Shown here piece after piece: positions 1-11,998 of a stretch of DNA of 64,000 nt. The stretch spans positions 186,001 to 250,000 of the forward strand of contig NIVC01000240.1 of assembly GCA_002269645.1 (NCBI GenBank). Direction: 5' to 3'. The position numbers and the translations under genes are program-made. The notes below the pieces were generated by a model that was given only the letters and a program-made list of their open reading frames with translations, was not told where the DNA came from and searched no databases. Each line of letters opens with the position of its first letter. Position 1 is the stretch's first letter. Source of the DNA: Macrostomum lignano (lineage: Eukaryota).

Positions 1-240
1 AGAGAGAGATAGAAGGGGTGAGACGTAGAGAGAGATAGAAGGGGTGAGACGTAGAGAGAGATAGAAGGGGTGAGACGTAGAGAGAGATAGAAGGGGTGAG
101 ACGTAGAGAGAGATAGAAGGGGAGAGACGTAGAGAGAGATAGAAGGGGAGAGACGTAGAGAGAGATAGAAGGGGAGAGACAGAGAGAGATAGAAGGGGAG
201 AGACAGAGAGAGATAGAAGGGGTGAGACGTAGAGAGAGCG
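1..240. repeat. 26-bp purine-rich minisatellite (AGAGAGAGATAGAAGGGGTGAGACGT)n, truncated by window edge
   Basis: About 9 tandem copies read directly. Confidence 0.95.
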
Positions 241-475
241 GTATGAGCGGTATTGAAGGAGACATTACAGTAGGAGACGCAGACGCAGTTGCAGTTGCAA
301 TAAAAAGTGCACTCTCATTTCTGAGTCCACGCGGTCTGATTTATTGCTGAAAACTTCATCTTGCGCCAGAACGGATGGCGAATTTAAAGTATTTTGACGA
401 GAACAATTATCCAGTTTTGAATTGTTCAGATTACAAACTGCCAGTTGTTCATCTTTTTTTACATTTTTCCCGCAG

Positions 476-3400
476 GTCACTCCCAGCAACCACGTCGAAG
501 GCCCTGGCCGCAGGTCGCCGATCCAGCAGTCGCCGACTCTGCAGTTTCACGCTTCGAGCCCCTTGGCCGTCAGGTCATCCGAGGTCACAGCGGCGGAAGC
601 AGACGAAGCGGCCGAAGCGGAAGCGGCAATGCGGGCCCTCGCTGACGAGGTGGCCAGCCGGCTGGCGCTGCGGACCGCGGCGGACAGCGTGTTGTTCACC
701 GTGGACTCGCCGACAGGCGAGGAGGGCGGCGCCGGCAGCCGCCGCTGCTCAAGCAAGAGGCGAGCGTTCGCGCGGAACCGCACGACCACCATGGCCAGCG
801 CGGGCACCAGCGAGTCCGCTGCCACGGCGGCCACCGGAGCCGCCGAGTCGTCGAGTCGGCGACGCAGTCGGCGGCACCGCCGAAGCCGGGACGGGCATGG
901 CGGAAGCGTCTGCGGCGGCAGCAGGAGCTGCATTGACTTTGCCGCGATGTCGTCGGCTGGAGGCGATGCTGGACGACTGAACATCGCCGATAACGAAGGC
1001 TGGAACGGCGGCGGAAGTTCCCGGCGAAGACGGGGGCGCCGCTGCCGCCGCTGCTGCCAGGAGGAGGCCGAGGCAGAGGCGGAGGCGCCCGGACCGCCAG
1101 CTGAAGGCCCGCTGGACACCTCGGAGACGGCGGCGAATCGTCGTCAACTGTTGGACCGGCTGGTCCGCCAGGCTTCCGCCGGTTGCACCTGCCGCCGCTG
1201 CTGGCGTCGATTCCAGGCCGAGGTGCTTGTGCTGAGGGCGCGGTTTCACGGAGAAGGCGGCGCCGAGGCCGGGAGCAGCTGCGGTCGGGAGCACCGCCGA
1301 AGAAGTCGAAGCCGGCGATGCCTGATGGCGGAGGACGCGGAGCCGCTGCCAGCCTTGCAGCCGCGACTGTCGGCGTCCAGCTGCTGCGGTGGCGAGTTCA
1401 ACAGCGGGGTGGCCTCGTGGCTGCTGGCCCAGCAACCCACAGCTGCGGAGGCCCGAGCCAAGGGTGCCCAGGCGGTGAAGTGCAACTCCATCGAGGACAT
1501 GAGCTGCGCCGCGGCCAAGGCGGCTGCCGCCGAAGCGGCTGCAGCGGACGAGTTGGAGGAGGAGCAGGGGGAGGCGGGAAGTCAGGCCGACGGGCGCGAG
1601 CGCCGCAACTCCAGCCGGCAGCTCCGACGTCAGGGTCGGGAGCGGTGTCGGCGCCGGTCGGTCTCGGCGGTGCCCTGCGGCCCCGGCACCGATGCCGGCG
1701 TCGCCAGAGGACGCGTCGAGGAGCTGGCGAACCGCCGGTTGGAGCGGTTCCGGGCGGAGCTCCGCCAGCTGTGCGAGTCCGCGCAGCCGCGGCCGCCGCC
1801 GCCGAAGCTGCTGGCCGTGCCGCCGATTTCCTCAGCAGCGGCGTTTGCGACGGAGCCCTCGGCGGCGGCAGCGGCGGTGGCAGCGTCCTCAGCGAAGTCT
1901 ACCTACTCGACGAAGGGCGCCTGGGCAGCGGCCGCGCCAGCCTCGGCCTCGGCAGCGGAGCTCTGCCCGCCGCAGCTGGCCTCGCCGACGCCTTCGCTGG
2001 AGGACGTCGCTGGTGACTGTCGCTCCCCCATCGTGGCCGGGGACACCTTCATCTACGTGGAGGACTGGAGCCGCCGCGCCACCGAGTCGCACTCGGCGAT
2101 CCTGCCGGCTGCTGGCAGGCAGCTGCGGCAGCGGCAACTCCTCCGGCTGAGGCGCCGGGCGCTGGAGGACGACAACGACAACGAATTCGCGCAAGACTTC
2201 GGATTCGAATGCTTGGGCGGTGGGCCAGAGCATCCGCGGAGAGCGGCGGCGACACTGCCAGCGTATCGTCTAGGCAGTCGCCGACATCTGAAGCGGCGGC
2301 AACGGCAACGGATGCTGCGGCAGCGGGCGCGGCGGCGGAGGTGCAGCTTTCGACTGAGTCGGCGCCGACACAGAAGCCTCAGGCCGGGCCGCCGCCGCAG
2401 CCGCCGCCGCAGCCGCTCAACCGTCAGGGCAGCTGCCGCTCCAGCTGCAGCAGCAGCCGAAATCGATGTCAGCGTCACCGCGGCCACCGCCGCAGCGAGC
2501 GGGACTGCCCGACGCCAGTGAAGGCCAGGCTGGGCGACTCGGCCTACCAGACCAAGGAGAACTCGGCGGACATGCCGCCAAGAGCAGCTGGGTGAGCTCG
2601 GCTGGGCAGACTGCACTGATGGTGCACAGTCTCTTTGGAATTGAAAATCGATAATCATGTCATCGTAGTGACAGGCATGACAAGCAATCTGAGTCATGGA
2701 TTTTACTGGTCATATATGCACTACTTGCTGTAGTCAGTATTGATCATAGGGCGTCATAGTCAGTATTGATCATAGAGTGGTCATAGTCAGTATTGATCAC
2801 TGAGTGGTCATACTCAATATTGATCATAGAGTGGTCATAGTCAGTATTGATCATACGAGTATAGTGGTCATAGTCAATATTGGTCATAGATTGTTCATAC
2901 TCAATATTGGTCATAGATTGGTCATAGTCAAAATTGATGTCATAATTGGTCATAGTCAAAATTGATCTGTCATAATTGGTCATAGTCAAAATTGATGTCA
3001 TAATTTATTGGTCATAGCCAATGATAGATGAAGCTCCGGCAGTTCATCATTTGAAAAAAAAATGTTTAAAAATCTGATTCAAAGCCAACAAAAAATTGTT
3101 CGAAAAGTATGACAAAGAACATTGTAGCTGGGGTCCTTCGCTACCGTCTGATTTTCTAATTGTTTGTTTTTAGCTTTTTGCTAGTTTTTCTTTGACAATA
3201 GGGACGGACCGCTAGGGTTGCTGGTGAACTGCTGAAAATTAAAATAATAGAGCATTGCATTCTGCACAAACTCTGCTGCCATTTCTCAGCGTCTGCTAGT
3301 TCTATTTTTATCATAAATCGCTCAGAAGCAATTGCTTTAAAATTTAATCAATCAACTGCTAGGGAGGGACTTCACGAATGCGAAAAATAAGAGGAAGGCC

Positions 3401-6400
3401 TACAGGCATGGTTTAGCATTCTCTATTGTTACTTAACGAATTAACTAATTAATTAACTTACTTAATTAATTAACGAAATTAATTAGATTAAAGTAATAAC
3501 TAAATAGTTAACGAATTTACTAATTAACTAATACCTGCGGGAGACCAGGTAACAAAACAAATTCATGCAATCTTTAGGTTGCATCTGTGTAGAAAGCTCC
3601 TTCTCAACCAAGATAAGTAAATCAGAACCCTTAAACCCTAATCCTAACCTAGCCAGAGCCCTAGGCATAACCCTAGCCATAACCCTAGCCATAACCCTAG
3701 CCATAACCCTAGCCATAGCCCTAGCCAGAGCCTTAGCCATAACCCTAGCCATAGCCCTAGCTATAACCCTAGCCATAACCCTAGGCATAACCCTAGGCAT
3801 AACCCTAGCCATAGCCCTAGCCATAACCCTAGCCATAGCCCTAGCCATAACCCTAGCCATAGCCCTAGCCATAGCCCTAGCCATAGCCCTAGCCATAGCC
3901 CTAGGTATAACCCTAGCCATAACCCTAGGCATAACCCTAGGCATAACCCTAGCCATAGCCCAAGCCATAACACTAGCCATAACCCTAGGTATAACCCTAG
4001 CCATAACCCTTGGCATAACCCTAGGTATAACCCTAGCCATAACCCTAACCATAACCCTAGGCATAACCCTAGCCATAACCCTAGCCATAGCCCTAGCCAT
4101 AGCCCTAGGTATAACCCTAGCCATAACCCTAGGCATAACCCTAGGCATAACCCTAGCCATAGCCCAAGCCATAACACTAGCCATAACCCTAGCTATAACC
4201 CTAGCTATAACCCTAGGCATAACCCTAGCCATAGCCCAAGCCATAACACTAGCCATAACCCTAGGTATAACCCTAGCCATAACCCTTGGCATAACCCTAG
4301 GTATAACCCTAGCCATAGCCCTAGCCATAACCCTAGCCATAGCCCTAGCCATAGCCCTAGCCATAACCCTAGCCATAGCCCTAGCCATAACCCTAGCCAT
4401 AGCCCTAGCCATAGCCCTAGCCATAGCCCTAGCCATAGCCCTAGGTATAACCCTAGCCATAACCCTAGGCATAACCCTAGGCATAACCCTAGCCATAGCC
4501 CAAGCCATAACACTAGCCATAACCCTAGGTATAACCCTAGCCATAACCCTTGGCATAACCCTAGGTATAACCCTAGCCATAACCCTAACCATAACCCTAG
4601 GCATAACCCTAGCCATAACCCTAGCCATAGCCCTAGCCATAGCCCTAGGTATAACCCTAGCCATAACCCTAGGCATAACCCTAGGCATAACCCTAGCCAT
4701 AGCCCAAGCCATAACACTAGCCATAACCCTAGCTATAACCCTAGCTATAACCCTAGGCATAACCCTAGCCATAGCCCAAGCCATAACACTAGCCATAACC
4801 CTAGGTATAACCCTAGCCATAACCCTTGGCATAACCCTAGGTATAACCCTAGCCATAGCCCTAGCCATAACCCTAGCCATAGCCCTAGCCATAACCCTAG
4901 GTATAACCCTAGCCATAACCCTAGCCATAGCCCTAGCCATAACCCTAGCCATAGCCCTAGCCATAACCCTAGGTATAACCCTAGCCATAACCCTAGGCAT
5001 AACCCTAGGCATAACCCTAGCCATAGCCCTAGCCATAACCCTAGCCATAGCCCTAGCCATAACCCTAGCCATAGCCCTAGCCATAACCCTAGCCATAGCC
5101 CTAGCCATAGCCCCAGCACCAACCCTCAACCAACAGAGGCGGACGCGGCAGTGGCAGCACTTCAGACGTGGACGCCAGCCTTAGACTGGCAGCCAGCAAG
5201 CTGCAGGAAGTGGCCGCAATCGGTGACGGCAGCGCCCACTGCTGCTGCTGCTGCCGTCACGGCTCCGGTTGCCATGCTGAGCATCATCGAAGACGACGGC
5301 GGAGCTCCTCAAGCAAAAGCCTGGCCGCTGACGGCGACTGGTGAGACAGAGAAAATCGCATCCATTTACAAGCCCGACAGAGAGCTAAGATGAATGCTAA
5401 TTTTCAAATTGAAATCGCATGGTGGGTTGGGTGCCCAATAAACGCAAGCATTCAAGCAAAAAAGGAGAACACAAAATGTCGGACAAATGAACATGAAAGG
5501 TTTCCAATGGCTTGAGCCGCCCCGCGATTTTTATTGTATGGGGGTATGGGGCTATAGTGCACGCGTCCCCCTCCCTGTGTCAAAAGCGGAATTCAATCAT
5601 TGTGAGACTGGGCGTGTCCCCCCAGATCTAGCCAGCCTGAGCTGCGCAGGGGGCGTGGCCCCGCTTACTGCATGCATCGGCCGTGAAAACCGTTGCTTTG
5701 TGCCGAATATGTGCATGCATTCCGCTTATGACTACTTATAAGTAGCCAGTTTAGAACCGAATAGATGGCTAGTCTAATTCAGTATTCAGCGGACCCGATC
5801 AATTGTGAATGTTGGGAAATTACTGCTAGGAAATAGAGTCACCAATTGGGGACGTCAAGGTTCGAGCTGGTGAAGTTTTAACTCTGTGAAGTTTCGATTC
5901 TGTGAAGTTTCGATTCTGTGAAGTTTCGATTCTGTGAAGATTCGATTCTGTGAAGTTTCGATTCTGTGAAGTTTCGATTCTGTAAAGATTTGATTCTGTG
6001 AAGGTTCGATTCTGTGAAGTTTCGATTCTGTGAAGTTTCGATTCTGTGAAGTTTCGATTCTGTGAAGTTTCGAATCTGTGAAGTTTCGATTCTGTGAAGT
6101 TTCGATTCTGTAAAGATTTGATTCTGTGAAGGTTCGATTCTGTGAAGTTTCGATTCTGTGAAGTTTCGATTCTGTGAAGTTTCGATTCTGTGAAGTTTCG
6201 ATTCTGTGAAGTTTCGATTCTGTGAATTTTCGATTCTGTGAAGGTTCGATTCTGTGAAGTTTCGATTCTGTGAATTTTCGATTCTGTGAAGGTTCGATTC
6301 TGTGAATTTTCGATTCTGTGAAGTTTCGATTCTGTGAAGTTTCGATTCTGTGAAGTTTCGAATCTGTGAAGTTTCGATTCTGTGAAGGTTCGATTCTGTG

Positions 6401-6972
6401 AAGTTTCGATTCTGTGAAGTTTCGAATCTGTGAAGTTTCGATTCTGTGAAGGTTCGATTCTGTGAAGTTTCGATTTTGTGAATTTTCGATTCTGTGAAGG
6501 TTCGATTCTGTGAAGGTTCGATTCTGTGAAGTTTCGGTTCTGTGAATTTTCGATTCTGTGAAGGTTCGATTCTGTGAAGGTTCGATTCTGTGAAGTTTCG
6601 GTTCTGTGAATTTTCGATTCTGTGAAGTTTCGATTCTGTGAAGTTTCGATTTTGTGAATTTTCGAGCTTGTAAAGTTTCGAATCTGTGAAGATTCGATTC
6701 ATTAAAGGTTCGATTCTATGAAGGTTCGATTCTGTGAAGTTTCGATTCTGTGAAGATTCGATTCTGTGAAGATTTGATTCTGTGAAGTTTCGATTCTGTG
6801 AATTTTCGATTCTGTGTAGGTTCGATTCTGTGAAGTTTCAAATCTGTGAAGTTTCGAATCTGTGAAGTTTCGAATCTGTGAAGTTTCGAGCTTCAGTGGA
6901 ATGCTTGACTGGTTGGCTCCCCCTAGCTGCCCCCGGATCGACTGTTGCTTTGATTTGCGGCAGGGCCCATGA
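476..6972 (+). CDS. 3' portion of an unknown low-complexity (Ala/Arg/Ser/Cys-rich) protein gene; exons 476-2591 (1-nt frameshift at 2222-2224), 5137-5340, 6897-6972
   Basis: Polypyrimidine acceptor ttttcccgcag|GTC at 475/476 is in frame with ORF 422-2521. Donor GG|gtgagc at 2592 is phase 2 in the frame of ORF 2209-2595. Acceptor caacag|A at 5137 continues GGRGSGSTSDVDASLRLAASKLQEV...HCCCCCRH. Donor TG|gtgaga at 5341 and acceptor cttcag|T at 6897 give GMLDWLAPPSCPRIDCCFDLRQGP*. AATAAA cluster at 7253-7273. No recognisable domain. Confidence 0.55.
2730..3015. repeat. Degenerate ~27-bp minisatellite (GGTCATAGTCAGTATTGATCATAGAGT-like)
   Basis: About 10 diverging tandem copies in the intron. Confidence 0.85.
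3636..5112. repeat. 12-bp (2x6) telomere-like array (CCCTAG-CCATAA)n with 540-bp higher-order duplication
   Basis: Hexamers CCCTAG/CCATAA/CCATAG/GCATAA; the array starts at a perfect CCCTAA (3636). Lines 3901-4320 recur exactly at 4441-4860. Confidence 0.95.
5437..5442 (+). promoter_or_regulatory. Candidate proximal polyadenylation signal AATAAA
   Basis: About 90 nt after the in-frame TGA at 5342-5344. Confidence 0.35.
5872..6890. repeat. 16-bp minisatellite (GTTTCGATTCTGTGAA)n
   Basis: About 63 copies, ending immediately before the acceptor at 6896. Confidence 0.95.
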
Positions 6973-7252
6973 TTGCCAATTTATCCCACAAGCAACGGGA
7001 TTCGAATGCGCGCTGCCAATCTTCCAATCACCACACTCGCCTCCCCAGCCGGTCATGCCAGCCGGAGCCGCAGCGCGCCATTCGCGGCATCAATAGCGAG
7101 GCTTCCATTGCTGCTGCCAACACCAGCAACAGCCGCAGCCTGGTGTTTACCAACTTTGAAGAAGAACTCGAAGTTCAAGTATAATGCACCGAGTGTACTA
7201 CTGATAGTAGAAACCAGTAACCCCCGGTTTATTGTCAATTTGCAAATTTGCA

Positions 7253-7273
7253 AATAAATAAATAAACAATAAA
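7253..7273 (+). promoter_or_regulatory. Clustered polyadenylation signals (4x AATAAA)
   Basis: AATAAA at 7253, 7257, 7261 and 7268, downstream of the last + strand exon. Confidence 0.5.
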
Positions 7274-7734
7274 GTCCTGCTGCTTTCAGGCTAAACTGGC
7301 AATGTATTGTTGCTGAAGAAACGACTACTTCAAAGTCTAAAAAACAAAACTATTTTGAGCACTGATACGTGAATGTCAATTGAACGGCCTCAAAAAATAG
7401 ATCGGAATTTCCAAGTATTTGAAATAAACTTCTATAAAATATTTCTCGGTTACGTAAAAAAGCTGTTAAAAGAACTCTGCAATTCACATCGATAAAAAAT
7501 GCAAAAAGCTATTAGCAAGTATTCATTGATAAGCACCGCAACACACTACTGACTTAAGTAGAATAAGGCACACTTTTTACAGGCTAGTAAAACTGGGGAA
7601 TCACAGTCTATGAAAAAGTAGGTATAAAAAGCATTTGTACGAGCTGGCAGTACTGGATGGACACAGATGTGCTTACTATGCTACTGAAAGTTATGAGTAG
7701 CTAATAGCCTACCGATCTAATTCCCAATCAGTCA

Positions 7735-8492
7735 CGAACTAGGCCAGTCCCACCCTGTCAGGTCAGGCCAGTCCCACCCTGTCAGATCAGGCCAGTCCCA
7801 CCCTGTCAGATCAGGCCAGTCCCCTGCACTGTCAGATCAGGCCAGTCCCCCAATGTCAGATCAGGCCAGTCCCCCACTGTCAGATCAGGCCAGTCCCCTG
7901 CACTGTCAGATCAGGCCAGTCCGCCACTGTCAGATCAGGCCAGTCCCCTGCACTGTCAGATCAGGCCAGTCCCCCAATGTCAGATCAGGCCAGTCCCCCA
8001 CTGTCAGATCAGGCCAGTCCCCTGCACTGTCAGATCAGGCCAGTCCGCCACTGTCAGATCAGGCCAGTCCCCTGCACTTTCAGATCAGGCCAGTCCCCTG
8101 CACTGTCAGATCAGGCCAGTCCCCCACTGTCAGATCAGGCCAGTCCCCCACTGTCAGATCAGGCCAGTCCCCCACTGTCAGATCAGCCCAGTCCCACCCT
8201 GTCAGATCAGGCCAGTCCCCCACTGTCAGATCAGGCCAGTCCCCCTCTGTCAGATCAGGCCAGTCCCCCACTGTCAGATCAGGCCAGTCCGCCACTGTCA
8301 GATCAGGCCAGTCCCCCAATGTCAGATCAAGCCAGTCCGCCACTGTCAGATCAGGCCAGTCCGCCACTGTCAGATCAGGCCAGTCCGCGACTGTCAGATC
8401 AGGCCAGTCCCCCACTGTCAGATCAGGCCAGTCCCACCCTGTCAGATCAGGCCAGTCCCCCAAAGCCAGATCAGGCCAGTCCCCCACTGTCA
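7735..8492. repeat. 24/25-bp minisatellite (GTCAGATCAGGCCAGTCCCCCACT)n
   Basis: About 31 copies; the last degenerate unit overlaps the 3' end of the minus-strand CDS. Confidence 0.95.
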
Positions 8493-10725
8493 GGCAGCGC
8501 CACCCCGGCTGCCAGCGCGGCCTCCGCCAGCAGCTGGGTGGCGCCGAACTCAGCGGGCAGGGAGCGGCACAGCCTGGCCAGCGGCTCGACGCCGCTGGCC
8601 TCTTGCAGGTCGGCAGCCAGCAGCTGCACGCAGGTTGCCCAGTGGCCCCGCACCAGAGCCTCGGCCGCCAGCGCCTTCGTCGCCGATGCCACCTCAGGCC
8701 GATAGCGGCGGGCCGCCCGACCGGCCACTCGCTCAGCGGCGTCCCGAACGGCGGTCAGGTAGGCGGCCGCGTCGGCGGCGCCGGCCAGCAGCGACTCGGC
8801 CAGGACGGCGAACTCGGCGGCAAGGCGCGGCCGGAGATGTCGCGACCAGACCAGCGAGTCGAAGGCGCCAACGGAGGCCAGCGCGTCGCACAGGGCGCGC
8901 AGCCGATTGGCTCCGGGCGCGGCGTCGCTGCTGGTGCGGGGCTCGGCGGACACCAGCTCGGCCAGCAGCTGGTCCAGAGCGTCTGCCACCGGCCGGAAGC
9001 CGAGCACCTCCTCGCGCATGCCGGCATTGGCCGAGTCGGCCAGCCGCAACTTCAGCGCCGACTCCAGTGAGCTGACCGACTGGCGGTGCCGCTGACAGGC
9101 GGCCACTACGGCGCGCAGAAAGTCGCCGCTAAGGGCGCCGACCAGACTGGCGCAGGCGCGTCGTCTGGCGCCGGCCAGAGCGTCATCGGCGAGCGCGCGC
9201 AGGCGCCCGGAGTGGCCGGCCCGGCTCAGCTGAGACGCCAGCTGAGCCGCGCGTTCGGCGCGAGCGGAGGCGGCAACTCCGGCTGCTCCTCCGCTTTTAG
9301 CTGCGGCCGGCTCGCCAACAGCCTCGCTGACGTAAGCGGTCAGCTGGCGCAGCCGCTGCTCATCGGCCGGGCTGAGCGGTGGCAGTTGCTTTGATGCGCC
9401 TTGAGCCTTTGAAAGGGTTTAATACCTGTCAGCTCTGTGTACCTGTCAGCTCAGTTTACCTGTCAGCTCTGTCTACCTGTCAGCTCTGTCTACCTGTCAG
9501 CTCTGTCTACCTGTCAGCTCTGTCTACCTGTCAGCTCTGTCTACCTGTCAGCTCTGTCTACCTGTCAGCTCTGTCTACCTGTCAGCTCTGTCTACCTGTC
9601 AGCTCTGTCTACCTGTCAGCTCTGTCTACCTGTCAGCTCTGTCTACCTGTCAGCTCTGTCTACCTGTCAGCTCTGTCTACCTGTCAGCTCTGTTTACCTG
9701 TCAGCTTTGTCTACCTGTCAGCTCTGTCTACCTGTCAGCTCTGTCTACCTGTCAGCTCTGTCTACCTGTCAGCTCTGTCTACCTGTCAGCTCTGTTTACC
9801 TGTCAGCTCTGTCTACCTGTCAGCTCTGTCTACCTGTCAGCTCTGTCTACCTGTCAGCTCTGTCTACCTGTCAGCTCAGTCTACCTGTCTGTACTATCTA
9901 CCTGTCTGTACTATCTACCTATCTGTACTATCTACTGTCTGTATTATCTACATGTCTGTACTATCTACCTGTCTGTACTATCTACCTGTCTGTACTATCT
10001 ACCTGTCTGTACTTTCTACCTGTCTGTACTATCTACCTGTCTGTACTATCTACCTGTCTGTACTATCTACCTGTCTGTACTATCTACCTGTCTGTACTAT
10101 CTACCTGTCTGTACTATCTACCTGTCTGTACTATCTACCTGTCTGTACTATCTACCTGTCTGTACTATCTACCTGTCTGTACTATCTACCTGTCTGTACT
10201 ATCTGTCTGTATTATCTACCTGTCTGTACTACCTGTCTGTACTACCTGTCTGTACTACCTGTCTGTACTATCTACTTTCCTGTATCCTAGCATTAAAATA
10301 AAGAATCAAGTTCCAAAATGAATACAAAGCAAAATTGGTATCGTTTATTTAAAACATAAAACAGCTAACAGGGAAACATATTGTACTTCGCTTGTACAAC
10401 TGTAGTAGCAACAAATAGGAATACAAAGTCAGTCAGTGCGCCAGTGTTCATCCATCTACAGCACCTCGCCGCCATCAGTCGCAGAGGCTTCAGCGCTGCC
10501 GCTGTCAGCCCGCCGTCTAATCGCGGCCGCGGCCGCCGCAGCCCCAGCCCCGACTGTGCTGCCGCCCGTGGCCCGCCGCAGCTGGTCCCGCACGGAGCCC
10601 AGCTTCCTAGCCAGCCGGTCCTGCCGCCAGCGCAGAAAGCGCAGCCTGGCCGCGTAGGCTCCGTAGCCGCAGGCGAAGCCCAGGCCGAATGTCAGGCAGT
10701 AGCTGGCGACCCGCCACCAGCGCAT
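8471..10725 (-). CDS. 398-aa protein with N-terminal signal-anchor and divergent cullin-repeat-like helical region; exons 10725-10465 and 9406-8471
   Basis: ATG 10725; phase-0 donor GAG|gtgctg; phase-0 acceptor ttcaaag|GCT at 9406; open frame to TGA 8471. Segments FRPVADALDQLLAELVSAE, LRALCDALASVG, LVWSRHL, AYLTAVRDAAER and ALVRGH resemble cullin N-terminal repeats by eye. Gene model confidence is higher than the cullin call. Confidence 0.7.
9423..10280. repeat. Biphasic 17-bp minisatellite: (CTGTCAGCTCTGTCTAC)n switching at ~9890 to (CTGTCTGTACTATCTAC)n
   Basis: Read directly; fills most of the intron of the cullin-like gene. Confidence 0.95.
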
Positions 10726-10859
10726 GCTGCTGCTTCTACAGCTCTAATGCTCAAGTGTGAAGTCTGGAAGACCGCGGTACATGAATTTGAAAATTGGCCA
10801 CGGCTCTGTAATCATTGCGCGTATGGCTGTGTAAGCTCGCCACTGTCCTTTCTATAGCC

Positions 10860-11365
10860 TCTCTTCCTGACTACCTTCCCTCACTCTCACTTCCTCCCCG
10901 CTTTCTCCCTCACTCTCCCTTCCTCCCCGCTTTCTCCCTCACTCTCCCTTCCTCCCCGCTTTCTTCCCTCACTCTCCCTTCCTCCCCGCTTTCTTCCCTC
11001 ACTCTCCCTCCTTCCTCCCCGCTTTCTTCCCTCACTCTCCCTTCCTCCCCGCTTTCTTCCCTCACTCTCCCTTCCTCCCCGCTTTCTTCCCTCACTCTCC
11101 CTCCCCGCTTTCTCCCTCACTCTCCCTTCCTCCCCGCTTTCTCCCTCACTCTCTCTTCCTACCCGCTTTCTTCCCTCACTCTCCCTTCCTCCCCGCTTTC
11201 TTCCCTCACTCTCCCTTCCTCCCCGCTTTCTTCCCTCACTCTCCCTTCCTCCCCGCTTTCTTCCCTCACTCTCCCTTCCTCCCCGCTTTCTTCCCTCACT
11301 CTCCCTTCCTCCCCGCTTTCTTCCCTCACTCTCCCTTCCTCCCCGCTTCCTTCCCTCACTCTCAG
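10860..11365. repeat. ~30-bp polypyrimidine minisatellite (CCCTCACTCTCCCTTCCTCCCCGCTTTCTT)n
   Basis: About 17 copies, with 27-33 bp variants. Confidence 0.95.
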
Positions 11366-11910
11366 CCTCACTCTCAGAATGACTCTCAGCCAGAAAATGT
11401 TCAGTAACTAGTTTAAAAAAGCAGTTCGTTTTCAAATGCCATCGTTAGGCAAGCAACTTCTTGTTAATCTGGATACATCTATTTAAATAACTCAATACAC
11501 CTGATATGCGCATGGCAGATTAATAAACTTATCGCATAAAGCTATAATTGTCAAGCACAAAATAATGGTCACAGACAGATGCCTAACAACAGCAACAACA
11601 GCAACAACGCACTGATCCATTAAAACGACAATTGAAACAACATCAAATCAATCTTTATGAGTAATGGTCATTAATTTGTAAACTTACAGAAACACAGGTT
11701 GACAGGTTTGGCCATAGACAGCCCGCATTTTTTCGGAACTTGGCTACAAATTGCTCTGTGACCATAAATTGAAGTCTGGATACCCGACTCTAGGTGTCTA
11801 ATTTGTTCGTGTTGTCTATGGTCCAACCTGTCGTTGTTACTGTAGGCTTTCAACTTTGGATGCCTGTTTTCTAACTTAGCCAGACAAAAGCTAAAACTAT
11901 TCAGATGGCA

Positions 11911-11998
11911 GAGCAATCTGATTGGCTAAGCAATCTAATTGGCTGAGCAATCTAATTAGTCGAGCAATCTAATTGGCTGAGCTATCTGATTGGCTGAG
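11911..11998. repeat. 17-bp CCAAT-box (ATTGG) array, short copy
   Basis: About 5 units of GCAATCT(G/A)ATTGGCT(A/G)A. Confidence 0.85.

Noticed and set aside
2200-2240. Programmed -1 ribosomal frameshift to explain the frame switch
   Set aside because: No X_XXY_YYZ slippery heptamer at the switch; a homopolymer indel is simpler.
547-2697. Overlapping antisense and alternative-frame ORFs over the GC-rich exons (also 29052-29956 and 35204-35998)
   Set aside because: Expected shadow ORFs in high-GC coding DNA; no independent splice or domain support.
3528-5184. 533-aa and 539-aa ORFs (ARVM / LAIT repeats) resembling antifreeze or membrane proteins
   Set aside because: Products of a stop-free 12-bp repeat, open on both strands and lying inside a predicted intron.
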